A stretch of 64,000 nucleotides of DNA from Octopus vulgaris (lineage: Eukaryota), in the NCBI GenBank assembly GCA_951406725.2, contig OX597826.1:56296001-56360000 (forward strand), in the 5' to 3' direction. The position numbers were made by a program, and so were the translations under genes. Shown here piece by piece: positions 39,241 through 54,024 of the stretch (positions are counted from its first letter, which is position 1; each line of letters begins with the position of its first letter). The notes below the pieces were generated by a model. That model was not told the DNA's origin. It worked only from the letters and a program-made list of their open reading frames with translations, and ran no database searches.

Positions 39241-39715
39241 GATTGCTATCAGGCTGTCATCGGTTTTATTTGGTTATTACCATTGCTGTTGTTGTTGTTG
39301 TCATATTCCCCATTATATTATTGTTTGTTATATATATAATGACTATGTTAATTTCTTTTATTTGTTTCTCTCCCACCACCACCACCAACACCACCACCAC
39401 CGCCATCACCACCTTCCTCGCTGTCAACCTCTTCTCTTTATATTTGATATTTTTATTTGCTGAGATAATTTATCATAGTTTATTTATTTTATTAATTGTA
39501 ATATTTTTGTGGTTTATTAACGCGACTTATTCCAAATTCCCATAAATGGTAACTTTCTTCGGAGTTCAAATAATTAATCTAAGGAAATTCTCTGACAAAA
39601 TTTCCTTTATTTTGTTATCGTATTTTATTTTATTTTATTACTTTTCGTGTCTTTTAAACTTCCCTAAAAATATTAACAAACGAGCACAAACAACAACAAC
39701 AACAACAACAACAAC

Positions 39716-39756
<41 letters not shown>

Positions 39757-39784
39757 TAATAATAATAATAATGATAATGATAAT

Positions 39785-40420
39785 AATTCTTTCTTCTGTA
39801 AGTACAAGGCCTGAAATTTAGTGGGGAGGTGGGGGGACAGGTGATTACATCGATCCCAATGTTTCACTGGTACTTAATTTATCGACCCCCAAAGGATGAA
39901 AGGCAAAGTCGACCTCAGCGGAATTTGTACTCAGAACGTAGCGGCAGACGAAATACCTATTTCTTTACTACCCACAAGGGGCTAAACACAGAGGGGACAC
40001 ACAGGGACAGACAAACGGGTTAAGTCGATTATATCGACCCCAGTGCGTAACTGGTACTTAATTTATCGACCCCGAAAGGATGAAAGGCAAAGTCGACCTC
40101 GGCGGAATTTGAACTTAGAACGCAGCGGCGGACGAAATACCGCTAAGCATTTCGCCCGGCATGCAAACGATTCTGCCAGCTCGCCGCCTAATAATAATAA
40201 TAATATTCCTTTCTACTGAAGGCACAAGGTCTAAAATTTTGTGGGAGGGGACTAGTCGATTACATCGACTCCAGTGTGTAACTGGTACTTATTTCATCGA
40301 TCCTGAAAGGATGGAAAGCAAAGTCAACCTAAGCGGAATTTGAACTCGGAACGTAAAGACGAGCGAAATACCGCTAAGCCTTACTTCCCACATGCTAACG
40401 ATTCTGCCAACTCGCCGCCT
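39785..40420 (-). mobile_element. SINE family A: dimer (39785-40188, A2 body plus A1 body) and an A1 monomer (40205-40420)
   Basis: Junction CGAAATACC|TATTTCTTT at 39957/39958. Confidence 0.92.
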
Positions 40421-40559
40421 TAAAATCTCTACTACTACTACTACTACTACTACTATGAAGAAGAAGAAGAAGAAGAAGAAGAAGAAGAAGAAGAAGAAGA
40501 AGAAGAAGAAGAAGAAGAAGAAAAATTCATAAAGATTGACGTGACTCTTCACGAAGGTA

Positions 40560-41823
<1,264 letters not shown>

Positions 41824-41834
41824 CAATGTCGGCA

Positions 41835-42261
41835 ATTTCGGGGGATGTTTAAATCGATTAAATCAACTCCAGCGCTCACTTGGTACTTATTTTATCGATC
41901 CCACTAGGATGAAAGGTAAGTCAACCTCAGCGGTATTTGAACACAGAACGTAAAGATGGACGCTAAGCATTTTGCCCGGTTTGCTAACGATTCTACCAGA
42001 TCGCCGCCTTAATTTATATTAGTACCGTTTCCTTATTTTTCTCTCGTTAAGGCGGCGAGCTGGGGTGAAATGCGTAGCCGTATTCTGTCTGTCGTTACGT
42101 TCCGAGTTCAAATTCCGCCGAGGTCGACTTCGCCTTTCATCCTTTCGGGGTCGATAAATTAAGTACCAGTTACGCACTGGGGTCAATGTAATCGACTTAA
42201 TCCGTTCGTCTGTCCTTGTTTGTCCCCTCTGTGTTTAGTCCCTTGTGGGTAGTAAAGAAAT
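41835..42261. mobile_element. Head-to-head pair of SINE A copies (- 41835-42010; + 42050-42261)
   Basis: Both match family A, in opposite orientations ~40 bp apart. Confidence 0.9.
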
Positions 42262-44430
42262 ATATTATAATTATGATGAGGATGACGACGATGAAGTTGA
42301 CGAAGAGGAAGTGAAAGAGGACAAGACTGATAATGATGACGATCATGGTGATGATGAGGTGGGAGAGAAGATGGGACTTGACCATGATGGTGAGCATTGT
42401 GAAGAAGGAAGAGGAGAAGGATATAGATAACTAGATAACGATGATGAATTATAAGTACGAAGAAAATTATGATGATGGTGATGATGATGACGACAATGAT
42501 GATAATTATGGTAACGAAGGCGGTAGAGATGATGAGAATGAAGATGATGACGAAGATGAAGATGGCAGGGAGAAAGAGGAGGATATGAAAGTGGATCATG
42601 ATTATAGCAGTGATGATGATTATGGAACGATGATGATGATGCTGATGATGAATTCCATTCCTCACCATCATCATCCTTATCATCGTCGTAATCACCAATA
42701 TCAAGTTAATCCTAATTAACATAATTATGATATTAATATAATAATGATAAAAATAATTGAAACCAAAATAAAAATTTCATAAAGACAATTCTAGAAGTTA
42801 ACATCCATGGACGTTTCACGGCTCTTAGATTATTGGAAGCCTATAACGAAGCATGCAATACAAGAATTCTTTTGAAAGTGAATTATTTGAAAATGAATTT
42901 TAATGCTTGCGATACATGAGGCTAGTACCGAAAGAACAGTCTTACGATAGAAGGGAGAGAGAAGAGAGGAGTGGAGAAAATACGGAAAACTTGGAGTCCC
43001 GGAATAGATCGCAGAAAGATTGATAGTGGGGGTGATATTTGGAAAAAAGAAACTACTTATATATATTTTTTAATATGAAATATATAAACCTCATACTGAA
43101 CTAAATGTTAATTCCAAAAAAAATCTACGAGAGAAATTATGTAAAATCCTTCGATGAAATGAAGTTCATTAGACGCTTTCCGGTGTCAAAATATGAATTT
43201 TCTCCTGTGTATGCAGAGACTGGAGGTCTCTGTCTTAGCATCAAAGTATCAACCTGGTTTTCTCAATTGCCTGAGAATTATTATGGTTTATTTGGCCATG
43301 CAGAGCTGGCATCTCTTGGTAACTTTCGTGCGTGGTTATTACGGTATATATTTGAGTGTGTGGCTGTGCGTGTGTAAGTGTGTTTGTGTGTATGTGCGTG
43401 GTTGTGGTATATGTAATTGTATATATTATTTTGGATATGGGTGTATACGTGATTATGTAATTATCTGCATGTATATATGTAAATGTGTATAGGTGTGAAC
43501 GTGTGAATTGCTATTGTTTTTAACAGTGGACAACAAAAACTGATACGTTTAATGTAATTGAAGAGAGAGAAAGAGAGTAAAAGAGAGAGGAGAAAGTAAA
43601 CGAGAGAGAAGAGGACAAAAGTGAGAGAGAGAGACGAGTAAAAGAGAGACAAGGGAGTTAAAGAGAGAGAAAGACAAAGAGTAGAGAGGGGGAAAGGCAA
43701 CTAGTAGAAAAGTTCATAGTGAAGGAGAGAGGTGGAAATTCAGACAATAAAGAAAAAAACGAAAAAAGTGAGTAGAGAGAGGGGGGAAAGACAACGGAAA
43801 GAACCAAGAGTATCAAGGACTGGGGAAGAAGACGAGAGGGAGAGAGGGAGAGTAAAGAGGCAAAAGGGGGAAAAGACAGAGAGAGAAAATTATATGAGGG
43901 AGTAAGAGGAGGGGAGAAGAGATTGAAAAGAGAAGAAAGATAATAGGAGACTGGAGAGGAAATAGCGAAAATGAGAGTAAGAGAGAGGGGGGGAGCGAGA
44001 AGATTTTTTTTTATTTGAATGAATTTAGAAATAAAGGAAAATGAAACGAATGAAACAAAATCTAGAGAAAAAGGAACCGAAACAACAGCAACAACAACCA
44101 TCATCATAATCGGCGTTGTTTTCATCATCCCTATCATAGATATCATCACCACCACCATCGTCATCATCATCATCATCGTCGTCGTCGTCGTCGTCGTCGT
44201 CATCATCATCATCACCACCACCACCACTAATATCATCATCATTATCATGTTTATCATCATCATTGTCGACGTCGTCGTCGCCGTAGTCATCATCATCATC
44301 AGCAGCAGCAGCAGTAGCAGCAGCATCGTCATCGTCATTACCATCACCATCATGATCATCTTCATTACTATCATCATTACCATCATCATCACCTTCATTA
44401 TTGCCGCCGCCGTCGTCGTCGTCGTCGTCG

Positions 44431-44463
<33 letters not shown>

Positions 44464-44626
44464 CCATCATCATCACCATCATCATCAGCATCATCATCAG
44501 CATCATCAGCATCGTAATTACCATTATTACCATCGTCGTATACTTTCCGCTCTCATTCGATGTCAAAAATCAAATCAAATAAAATATATTAAGCCAAACA
44601 CCATTTTCATAATTCCCCTCTCTCCT

Positions 44627-44677
<51 letters not shown>

Positions 44678-44869
44678 CCCTACCAACCGTCCAACCAACC
44701 AGCCCACCATCATCACCATTTGTCGCCCTTCGAACAATGAGAGAAAAACCCTCGTTATTAATATTATTAATATCATTTTCTAAAAATACAAACTTTATAG
44801 GATTCACTTTCAATCTCAGCCATCCTTTTCCCCTACCCTTCCACCCCCCTGCTCAATATCTCACACACT

Positions 44870-44914
<45 letters not shown>

Positions 44915-45007
44915 TTTTCTCACGCCTTTTCTTTCTATATAGCAAATTCTATATTTCTCTCTAATTGAATTAAGTAATAATTCTAAAGTAAAACATGTAA
45001 ATATCTA

Positions 45008-45050
<43 letters not shown>

Positions 45051-45706
45051 TTTATTTCAGATTCTTCTATTGGTCGTTATGGAGATGTTTGATCAACTGG
45101 CATTATAACAACATTTCAACATTTCAACATTCTATTTTGTCAAATGTCGAAAGAAGTTTTGTTGTCGCTGTTTGTTTGTTTGTTTTTTCAGTTCTTTTCT
45201 AAGTAGGGGTTGGAGGTAGTATAAATTTGTTCTTGTGTATGCCTCTGCATGTGTGTACGCACTTGCATACGCAAATACATACACATATATATCTAAATAT
45301 ACATCGCATACTGTGTGTGGGGGTATGTGTATACTTAAATACACAAAATTTGTGCATACACATAGATGTGAATACTTACATACATATATATATACATACA
45401 TGCAATCATATACACACATGCCCGTGTATATAAATATATGTAAGTTATATGTGTATGCGTTAAATATATATTATAGACATATGCGTATGTATGTAAGAGT
45501 GTATGTAATATGTATATCTATATCTATCTCAATCTCTCTCTCCCTCTCATTCTCCCTCCCTCTCTCTCTTCCTCACTGTCTGTCTGTCTGTCTGTCTGTC
45601 TCTCTTTCTCTCTCCCTTTCTCTCTCTCTCTTTCTATATATATATATATATACATACATATATACACACACATACGCACACACACATGTACATATATATA
45701 TATATA

Positions 45707-45761
<55 letters not shown>

Positions 45762-46640
45762 GCATACATGCATATATATGTACGAACTTACACATAGACA
45801 GACATATATGTGTGTGTGTGTGTGTGTGCGCGCGTGTATGCATGTATGTATGTATATATGTTTACACACACACACATACAAACAAACATACGCATATTTT
45901 TGAGATGGGGGTGTATATTTCCCTAGAGTGTTCATTTTGTTTTGAAACGTAGTGTATTTTGTTTCCAGAAGTAGGGAATCATTATAAGAGGGTTTTGGGA
46001 TGTTGTTTTCATATAGTTTGTGATTTTGTTTTTGGTTTTTCCTTATATTTTCTTAATTTCATTTTTCACTTGTAATAAATAACTGTTAACAGACTGTCTA
46101 TATTCATTTCTCATACGTTTACACGACAAGATGTGTCTATTTTCTCGCATTGAAAACATGTTTAAATATGTTTTCTCTCATATTTATTCTATTGCTCGTC
46201 ACCTCGTCATCTCTTCCCTTCCTCTCATCCTTCTCCTCCTCCTCCTCATATTCTGCTCCCTCTATTTCCACATCCCCTGCTTCAACTTATTCTTTCATCA
46301 CCGCCAACTACCTCCCTACTACCACACGTTAACCTGCTCCGTGTTTTAAAACGTGTGATCCCCTTTATTGGTTTATAATTCTCCTGCACCACACGTGGGT
46401 AGGTAACTAACTCCATGTTGTTTTACTGGTTCTATTTCGGTAGAATTTCGCAACACAGATGCGCCGTCTTTCAGATATAGTATCCTTCCTCATTATTACA
46501 TGTAAGACAATGAGGAATGATCTTAAGATATTTTGGCTGTTATATCTAGTTGCCGAGCAACCGCATATTGACGACTTCTTCATTGCTTATAGTTACTTGT
46601 CGTTTATATTTTTCTTTAAGGTTTGGTATTAGCACAAACT

Positions 46641-47495
46641 ATGTATGTATGTATGTATGTATGTATGTATGTATGTATGTATGTATGTACATGAGCAGAT
46701 TTGTAAATTTTGTTTTATGTATGTATTCTCTTGCATATACTTGCATATCTAGACCTGCTCATATATATTTAAACGATAAACGTCTGGAAAGTTTTACATA
46801 TTTTTACAGTTCCAGTGATGGATTGGATCTGTAGTCTTCGAATTAGCTTTCTCCTTTTTGGTTTTGAGAAGCCGAATTTCTCAAGATTGGTATTTAGGCA
46901 GTGTGTTACATATCCCAGGGCCCCAATAATTACAAGTATAAACATGAACTTGTAACCTACATAGAGTAACTGCAGATTTCTCAATAGATAAGTTTAGACA
47001 TTCTCTTTTACTCTGATCTCCAGCTTTATGTTAACTTCCGTTGGATAGCTAATTTCCACAACTGTACACAATTTCTCTTCTCCATCCCACATTATTATAT
47101 CAGGTCTGTTGTGCTTACATTTTATTGAGGTTCTCACTGGGACATTCCACTAGTACTCCTTTTTATTATGAGTGGCTATGGCTTCTACCATACTGCAGGT
47201 TCTTATTTCTTTTGGCTCGGGGTTATCCTTCCGACAGATTTCATTATAGAGTGTCCTAGCTACAGCATCATGTCTCATCGGTGGATAATACCGTGATGAC
47301 ATTTTCGGACAACTGCTTATGATGTATGTGATATCGTCAGTGTGAACTCTACAAAGTCTGAATAGGTGGTCACATATTACTGCCTCTCCTGCATCTCTGT
47401 CCCTTTTGGGAATCAGGTATTTGGTTGATATTTCCTGTTCCTGGATTGCAAACGCATACCCTTCAAAGTGGGAGGTAGTAATCCTGCTATTGATC
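46641..47495 (-). mobile_element. 3' end of an RLE non-LTR retrotransposon (R4/Dong-like) with (TACA)n tail
   Basis: Minus strand reads EGYAFAIQEQEISTKYL..FRLC..ITYIISSCP..MRHDAVA..HNRPDII..VVEISYP..IIGALG..LQIQSITGTVKICKTF*: decayed CCHC knuckle, RHD and PD-(D/E)xK-type motifs, with internal stops. Confidence 0.92.
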
Positions 47496-47534
47496 TATGA
47501 TATACTGCTTTGATCATCGATATTACTATCATTA

Positions 47535-47730
47535 TGTATGTAGTATGTATGTATGTACGTATGCATGTATGTATATATCTATATATGCAGATTTGTATGC
47601 TTTTTTTACATATGTATTTTCATGCAAATAGTTGCATATCTAGATATGCTCATATATATTTAAATGATAAACTTCTGGAAAGTTTTACAGATGTTTGCAG
47701 TTTCTGTGATGGATTAGATCTGTAGTCTTC
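47535..47730 (-). mobile_element. Second, shorter 3' end of the same RLE family
   Basis: Colinear with ~46690-46838; flanked by TATG repeats. Confidence 0.9.
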
Positions 47731-47876
47731 ATGTGTATGTATGAATGTACGATGTATGTATGTATGTATGTATGTATGTATGTATGTATGTATGTATGTA
47801 TGTATGTATGTATGTGTGTATGTATGTATGTATGTATGTATTATGTACGTACGTACGTATGTATGTATGTATGTAT

Positions 47877-48296
47877 GCTTTTTTTAAAGTTCTTTTTTAA
47901 AGTTTTTTTTAAAGTTCTTCTCAGGAGTGTCTCCGGTGTTTGTAAATATGTGGTTAAGATGGCGTGCTGGTTGAGCTATCGATGCACGTCCCTAAAAATG
48001 TGCAGCCATTCACCAAAAGAATCTCAGTTGAACAATCTTTGAAATATTTTACAGATCTTCACTGTGCCATTAATAGATAAGATTTGGAGAACCACGTCAG
48101 TTTTTGGTTTTTTGCTCTTTCTTCGAAAAACCTAATATTTCTAATGTTTGTGCAAATTTGTCGGTATATAGCCTAACGTACTTGTGCTTATAAGTGCAAA
48201 TGAGAATTTATAGTCAGAGCAGAAGAGCTGTAAGTTCCACATTAATTTGCTATAAATGTTCTCTTTTTCCTGGACCTTTGATTGTATATTCAGAAT
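47877..48296 (-). mobile_element. 3' end of a related but distinct RLE subfamily in the same (TACA)n array
   Basis: LNIQSKVQEKENIYSKLMWNLQLFCSDYKF..TLGY..LEILGFSK..LQILSINGTVKICKIFQ* (frameshifted) is homologous to the C-terminus at 46769-47030; different 3' UTR ending at CATACATAC. Confidence 0.85.
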
Positions 48297-48377
48297 GCAT
48301 GTATGTATGTATGTATGTATGTATGTATGTATGTATGTATGTATGTATGTATGTATGTATGTATGTATGTATGAATG

Positions 48378-48411
<34 letters not shown>

Positions 48412-48993
48412 TGTATGTATGTATGTATGTATATGTATGTATGTATGTATGTGTATGTATGTATGTATGTTAGAACGTATGTGTCTATATATATATATAT
48501 GTATCTGTGTGTGTATGTATTATGTATGTATGCATGTCTATGTATATCTATGTATGTATGTATGTATGTGTATGTATGTATGTTAGAACGTATGTGTGTA
48601 TGTATATATATATATATGTATCTGTGTATCTGTGTGTGTATGTATTATGTATGTATGCATGTCTATGTATATCTATGTATGTATGTATATGTATACGTAT
48701 GTATGTATGTATGTATGTATGTATGTATGTATGTATGTATGTAGGCAATCGGAATGATTTTGCTGGTAAATCAAAGATACAGCCTTATCACCCACTCTTT
48801 CAAGCTCCGATTATGTCTGATAATTATGTTAAGAGTAAAGGTGTCTATGAAGTACTCAGCCACGTTCACGCTTATTCACTGAACAGCAGATAATTCACTT
48901 GATCTAATGACTGAATGTTCATCATCGAAATTGACGGAGCACCATCCGTGTACATAGGAAAGGACAGAGAAAGACAGACAGAAAGACAGACGG

Positions 48994-49026
<33 letters not shown>

Positions 49027-49292
49027 CATAGGGGCAGGCAGACAAAGAGACAGAAAAATCACATAATAGACAGGCAAGGAGAAAAATAGATCAACAGTGA
49101 TTACAGATAGAGATATACAGAGAGAAGCGGGAGGGGGGGTTAAATAAATAATAAACAGACAGATGGGCAGACAGATAAACACAAAGACAGACAGACATAG
49201 ATAGATAGATAGAGAGAGACAGACAGACAGACAGATAGACAGACAGACAGGCAGGCAGGCAGGCAGACAGACAGACAGACAGATAGACAGAC

Positions 49293-49355
<63 letters not shown>

Positions 49356-49463
49356 CAGAAAAATCAAACAGATAGACAGACAGATATAGATAGACAGACA
49401 GACAGGCAGACAGACAGACAGGCAAGCAGGCAGACAGACAGACACACAGACAGATAGACAGAC

Positions 49464-49558
<95 letters not shown>

Positions 49559-49864
49559 CAATGTTATTTGACTGTCTTCAATGATAAGTAACGATAAGAA
49601 AAATTAGTCAGTTTCTAACTGACATTGAAAGATTTGACAGACAACAAAGAATTCCAGACTGAAACCCGTTAAAGTCGAACATGAAGACGTTAATGTTGTT
49701 TGCCTGAGCTGTCAAAATATTTCTATTTAATGAAAATAAAAGATACAGATCGACGAAGGATTGGAGTGACGTGACAGAGAAATGAACAACGACAACCACA
49801 ACAAACAATAAGCGGAGGCGTCAGGGGTTCGTATCGTCGCATTGCCAAAGTATTTGAAAAACGG

Positions 49865-50090
49865 TCTATTTGTCCCTCTAGCATTGCTTGACAACCGATG
49901 CTGGTGGGTGTATTTACGTCCCCCGTTCCTTAGCGGTTCGGCAAAAAAGAGACCGATAGAATAAGTACTGGGCTTACAAAGAATAAGTCCCAGGGTTGAT
50001 TTGCTCGACTAAAGGCGGTGCTCCAGCATGGCCGCAGTCAAATGACAGAAACAAGTAAAAGAGTAAAAGAGTAAAAGAGTAAAAGAGAGA
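49865..50090 (+). mobile_element. SINE family B 3' half
   Basis: Body plus (GTAAAAGA)n tail. Confidence 0.92.
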
Positions 50091-50429
50091 GAGAGAGAGT
50101 ACTTGTACTTTTATTTGCTGTGGCATTCACCCGGAGTGAGTTGAGCCGACTCCGACCACAGGGCTCAGAGTTTCTGTGAGAATACAAGCTCACTTGCAGC
50201 CCCTGGTCACATGCTTACACATTTCAAAAGATTGGTCCTTCCCGAGTTATACAGACTCATAAGGACCTTTTTTCTCGTTTTCCATGCCGTATAAATTCCC
50301 AGCCTGGACAGGATGTCGGTCTCTTGCAGGATTTTATCCATTTTTGCCAGCTGAGTAGACTGGAGCAACACGAATCGGCGACCAAAAATTAAGATTTTAA
50401 TATATGTATCCTCGTTTATTGCTGGTTCA

Positions 50430-50765
50430 TTCATCAAGCGGAAAGTATAACCTCTCGAAAGAGCTGTTCTTCACTCCTGCTCCAGAACGTCGGCTGCGGG
50501 GTCACTCCGAAAAGCTCTATCTGCGACGATTTCATCTCAATCGAAGGAGAGGGGCTTTCTCCGTCCGGGTTGCGGATCCGTGGAATAAGCTGCCGGATGA
50601 GATGGTGAAGATGCCGACGACCGCTCGGTTCAAAGTCTCCCTTGGCCACAAGTGGCCTGAACTCTTTACATGAACACCACCCTGTACATAACTCCATGTC
50701 CCCCTACATAGCCTTGCTTTTTGCTTTTTGAGTCAAAAACTTTTGAGCCAAAAACTAACTAACTA
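50430..50765 (+). mobile_element. 3' end of a CR1-type LINE
   Basis: LRGHSEKL..RRRGAFSVRVADPWNKLPDEMV..FKVSL..W matches the typical CR1 ORF2 C-terminus; short UTR and (AACT)n tail. Confidence 0.9.
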
Positions 50766-51559
50766 GCATCACTGGTAACATGGGATAATACGGTACGCTT
50801 AATTGCGAACCATGTTACGCGTTATCATGGCTTGATTCGTAATAACACGAATCGGCGACCAATCGAATATTCTACCTGTACCACAAAAACGCCTCCCAGC
50901 AACTGCCTACTATACTCAACAGCCCAGAATACACTGATTGCTGCCTGTGAATACACATGAAAGTGCTACGTGGCAGTCGTTTTTCCATACGGATTTCCGT
51001 CTTCGCACATGGGGCAGAGAACAGAAAATATACGAAGCAGCTTGTTCCTAACAAAGGACGCAGATGTCCTTTGTTAAGATTCAACCGTCTTTTTCGTATG
51101 TGCAAAAGGACTCAGAAACACATTATCCATCTGTTCTTGTGATCTGGGGAAAATTTGACTGCTAGTTCTAGCAGTTAGAGCGACCACATTGTTCGTTTAT
51201 TCCTGTTGCATCGATGACTGAAGGAATTTTTCATTAGTTGACCGAAAATCAACAGAAGTAGGTGGGTTTGAACGTGGATTTTTTTATAGGGAAAAGTAAA
51301 GATGATCAAAAAACACTTGGCAGTGAAAAAAAACACTTCGCAGTAGTGGACCACATGTTTGGTGTCAATCAATCCGCCATTCGTTCCGTTTAAAAATGCG
51401 AGATGATTCATATGTCACTGTTTTTATATATTTTTGTCTTTTAGATTAGAACCGTGATAATCGAGGATAAATGTATATTCAGCCTTACGCAACAACATTC
51501 TTGCCAACTAGCAGCCCTATTTGCCTTTAGAAATGTTGTCTTTTGTCGACCTGATAAAA

Positions 51560-51895
51560 GAATCATTAGTACGCCGGGCGAAATGCTCGGTGGTATTTCG
51601 TCTATCCCTACGTTCTAAGTTCAAATTCCGCCGAGGTCGACTTTGCCTTTCATCCTTTCGGGGTCGATTAAATAAGTACCAGTTACGCACTGGGGTCGAT
51701 ATAATCGACTTAACCTGTTTGTCTGTCCTTGTTTGTCTTCTCTCTGTTTAGCTCCTTGTGGGTAGTAAAGCAATAGGTATTTCGTCTGTTCTTACATTCT
51801 GAGTTCAAATTCTGCCGAGGTCGACTTTGCCTTTTATCGTTTCGGGGTTGATGAAATAAGTACCAGTTGAATGCTGGGGTAGATATAATCGAAAT
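51560..51895 (+). mobile_element. SINE family A one-head/two-body dimer
   Basis: Junction AAAGCAATA|GGTATTTCG at 51775/51776; second body older-looking. Confidence 0.9.
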
Positions 51896-54024
51896 AACTA
51901 CTACTGGGCATGAATATAAAAACTGCATCTCACTGTCAAGCCGTGCTGAGCCAGTGTGGCAGAGTAGGCTCATTAAAACCAGTGTAACCTCAAGCTCAAA
52001 TTCACGGCCTTCATAGCAGACCGTGGATGGGTGGAGAGAACATGCTGAGGATTTCGTCCTGCAGTGGACTGAACATGGACAATCCAATCTAATCCAGTCT
52101 TTTATAGAGTGATACATTTACTACTTAAGTTGAGAATTCATTGCATTTGAACAAAGTTAAACACCGGCTCTTAAAATATTTCAAGAATCGTTCAAGAATT
52201 TATGATTATAATACACTAATTCTGTCAAGTTGTTTAGAATAAAATGTGGGCAGCTAGTAAATCTACTGGGCCGATATAATAGATTACCACTCGCCTTGTG
52301 GAGCCCTCTCTAATCGAGATTATTGGAAAAGAGGCTTGACGAGTTGATAGAATTTATGCTTAATGATCAAAAGGTTAGTTGGGTGGGTGACTGAGTAGGT
52401 CATTGGATGGTTGGTTAGTCGGTTGGTTATTTGGCTGGTTGGTTGGTTGGCTGGCTGGTTGGTTGATTGGTAGTTACTGTTGTTGGTTTTGTTGTCGTTG
52501 TCTAACTCCAGATCAATCCAAACAAAACAGTCCTGCGATCAAAAGACATTCCAACCGTAAGAATCCTGTTTTGTTCGTGTGTGGAAAAGGACTTACACAT
52601 TATCCAATCTCTCCATGTGATTTAAGGAAAATTTGGCTGCCATTTCTAGCAGTTAGAGCGACCACATTGATGCTCCATCGTTGATTCATCGCAAACTTCT
52701 TTTATTCTCGTTGAATCGAAATTCAACAGAAATAGTCGGAGTCGAAAGTGGGGGCTTAGTGATATAAGTTTATAGCATCGTTGTACGATTCCAAATAATA
52801 CATCTATGATTCCATGCAGTGGTAGACAAATGCAGAAATATCATGGAATAACTTTTAATTGCTTCCTTCTCCACAACCATACACAGACGTTGAACTCGCT
52901 ATATAAGGCTTACAAAATATTTACCATTTTCATAGAACTTCAACTTATTACCGCCCTTTGGTGAATTTGACAGACAGGAATTCTGTTCCTTGGTTCCAGG
53001 CAAAAACTGCCATATCATAAAAAAATGAGTGAAGATAACTAATTTTTTTTTCCTTTAGCTTTTCCTGTTTACAGATATTATTTATTAAAACCATTCCATA
53101 ATTTTTGGAAATATCTGTTTGAAATATACAAATATATTTGTTCGTCTTCGTCTTTTAGTTCTGAGAGTACATTGGCCATAAGTCCTGCCAGAAGCCGTCT
53201 GATATCAACTTGCCCAATAAATGTCAAAGATTACATATGAAAATATTACTTCAAAATTTAGAACTGCTTGAAACCGAGCATGAAATAAATATCAACAAAA
53301 ATATGAAATACTCAAGACGTATTGGTTGGCATTAAAAATGAAAGGAAATAACAGACGGTTTCGAACGAAAATATGTTCCCTTTCAGCTAAAGAAATCCTA
53401 ACTGTTCTACGTGAACTTACTTATCAATATAACCAATATCATGATTTATGCAGATGAGTCAAATACGTACATTTTTACTAAACATTCACTTATACTACGT
53501 TAGATCAACAGAAATGTTTAAACATCAAAATAAAATGTCCTCCTGTCAAAAGAGAACGTACGACCCAACTAAAAAAAATGGAGTTTAACAGTGTTATAAA
53601 TAGCGTTCTAGTAGTAAAGTTAACTTTAAATAAATACTAAAAGTTAATGTTCTCTCCCACCTGAAAGGTATATATGGACATCAGTATAAATATGAAGTAT
53701 CATAAAAACGTATACTAATAAATTTATAGTATCAAATTATCCATTTCACAAGTTATTACAGTTGCTTACGGTATGAAAAACGGTTATTTTCAATACTAAA
53801 ATATCACCTACCGAATAATTTTGTAATAAATTCAACAATCATATAAATATACATACATGCAACATATATATGTTTGTGGGTGTATGTATATGTATACATA
53901 CATACACACATACATACATACATACATACATACATACATACATACATACATACATACATACATACATACATACATACATACATACATGCATACATATATA
54001 TAATAAATAATAAATATAGAAGAT

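Noticed and set aside
42245-42722. Acidic, nucleolin-like ORFs
   Set aside because: Decayed (GAT/GAA)n; the first ORF starts inside a SINE tail and the frames are interrupted by stops.
45045-45200. Acceptor-like TTTATTTCAG followed by unique sequence
   Set aside because: Frames close quickly or are uninformative; no convincing donor.
53350-53390. Hammerhead-like motif on the minus strand (CTGAAAG-G-GAAC..GTTC-GAAAC-C-GTC)
   Set aside because: Core positions 8-9 are wrong and stem I does not pair; possibly a relic but not supportable.
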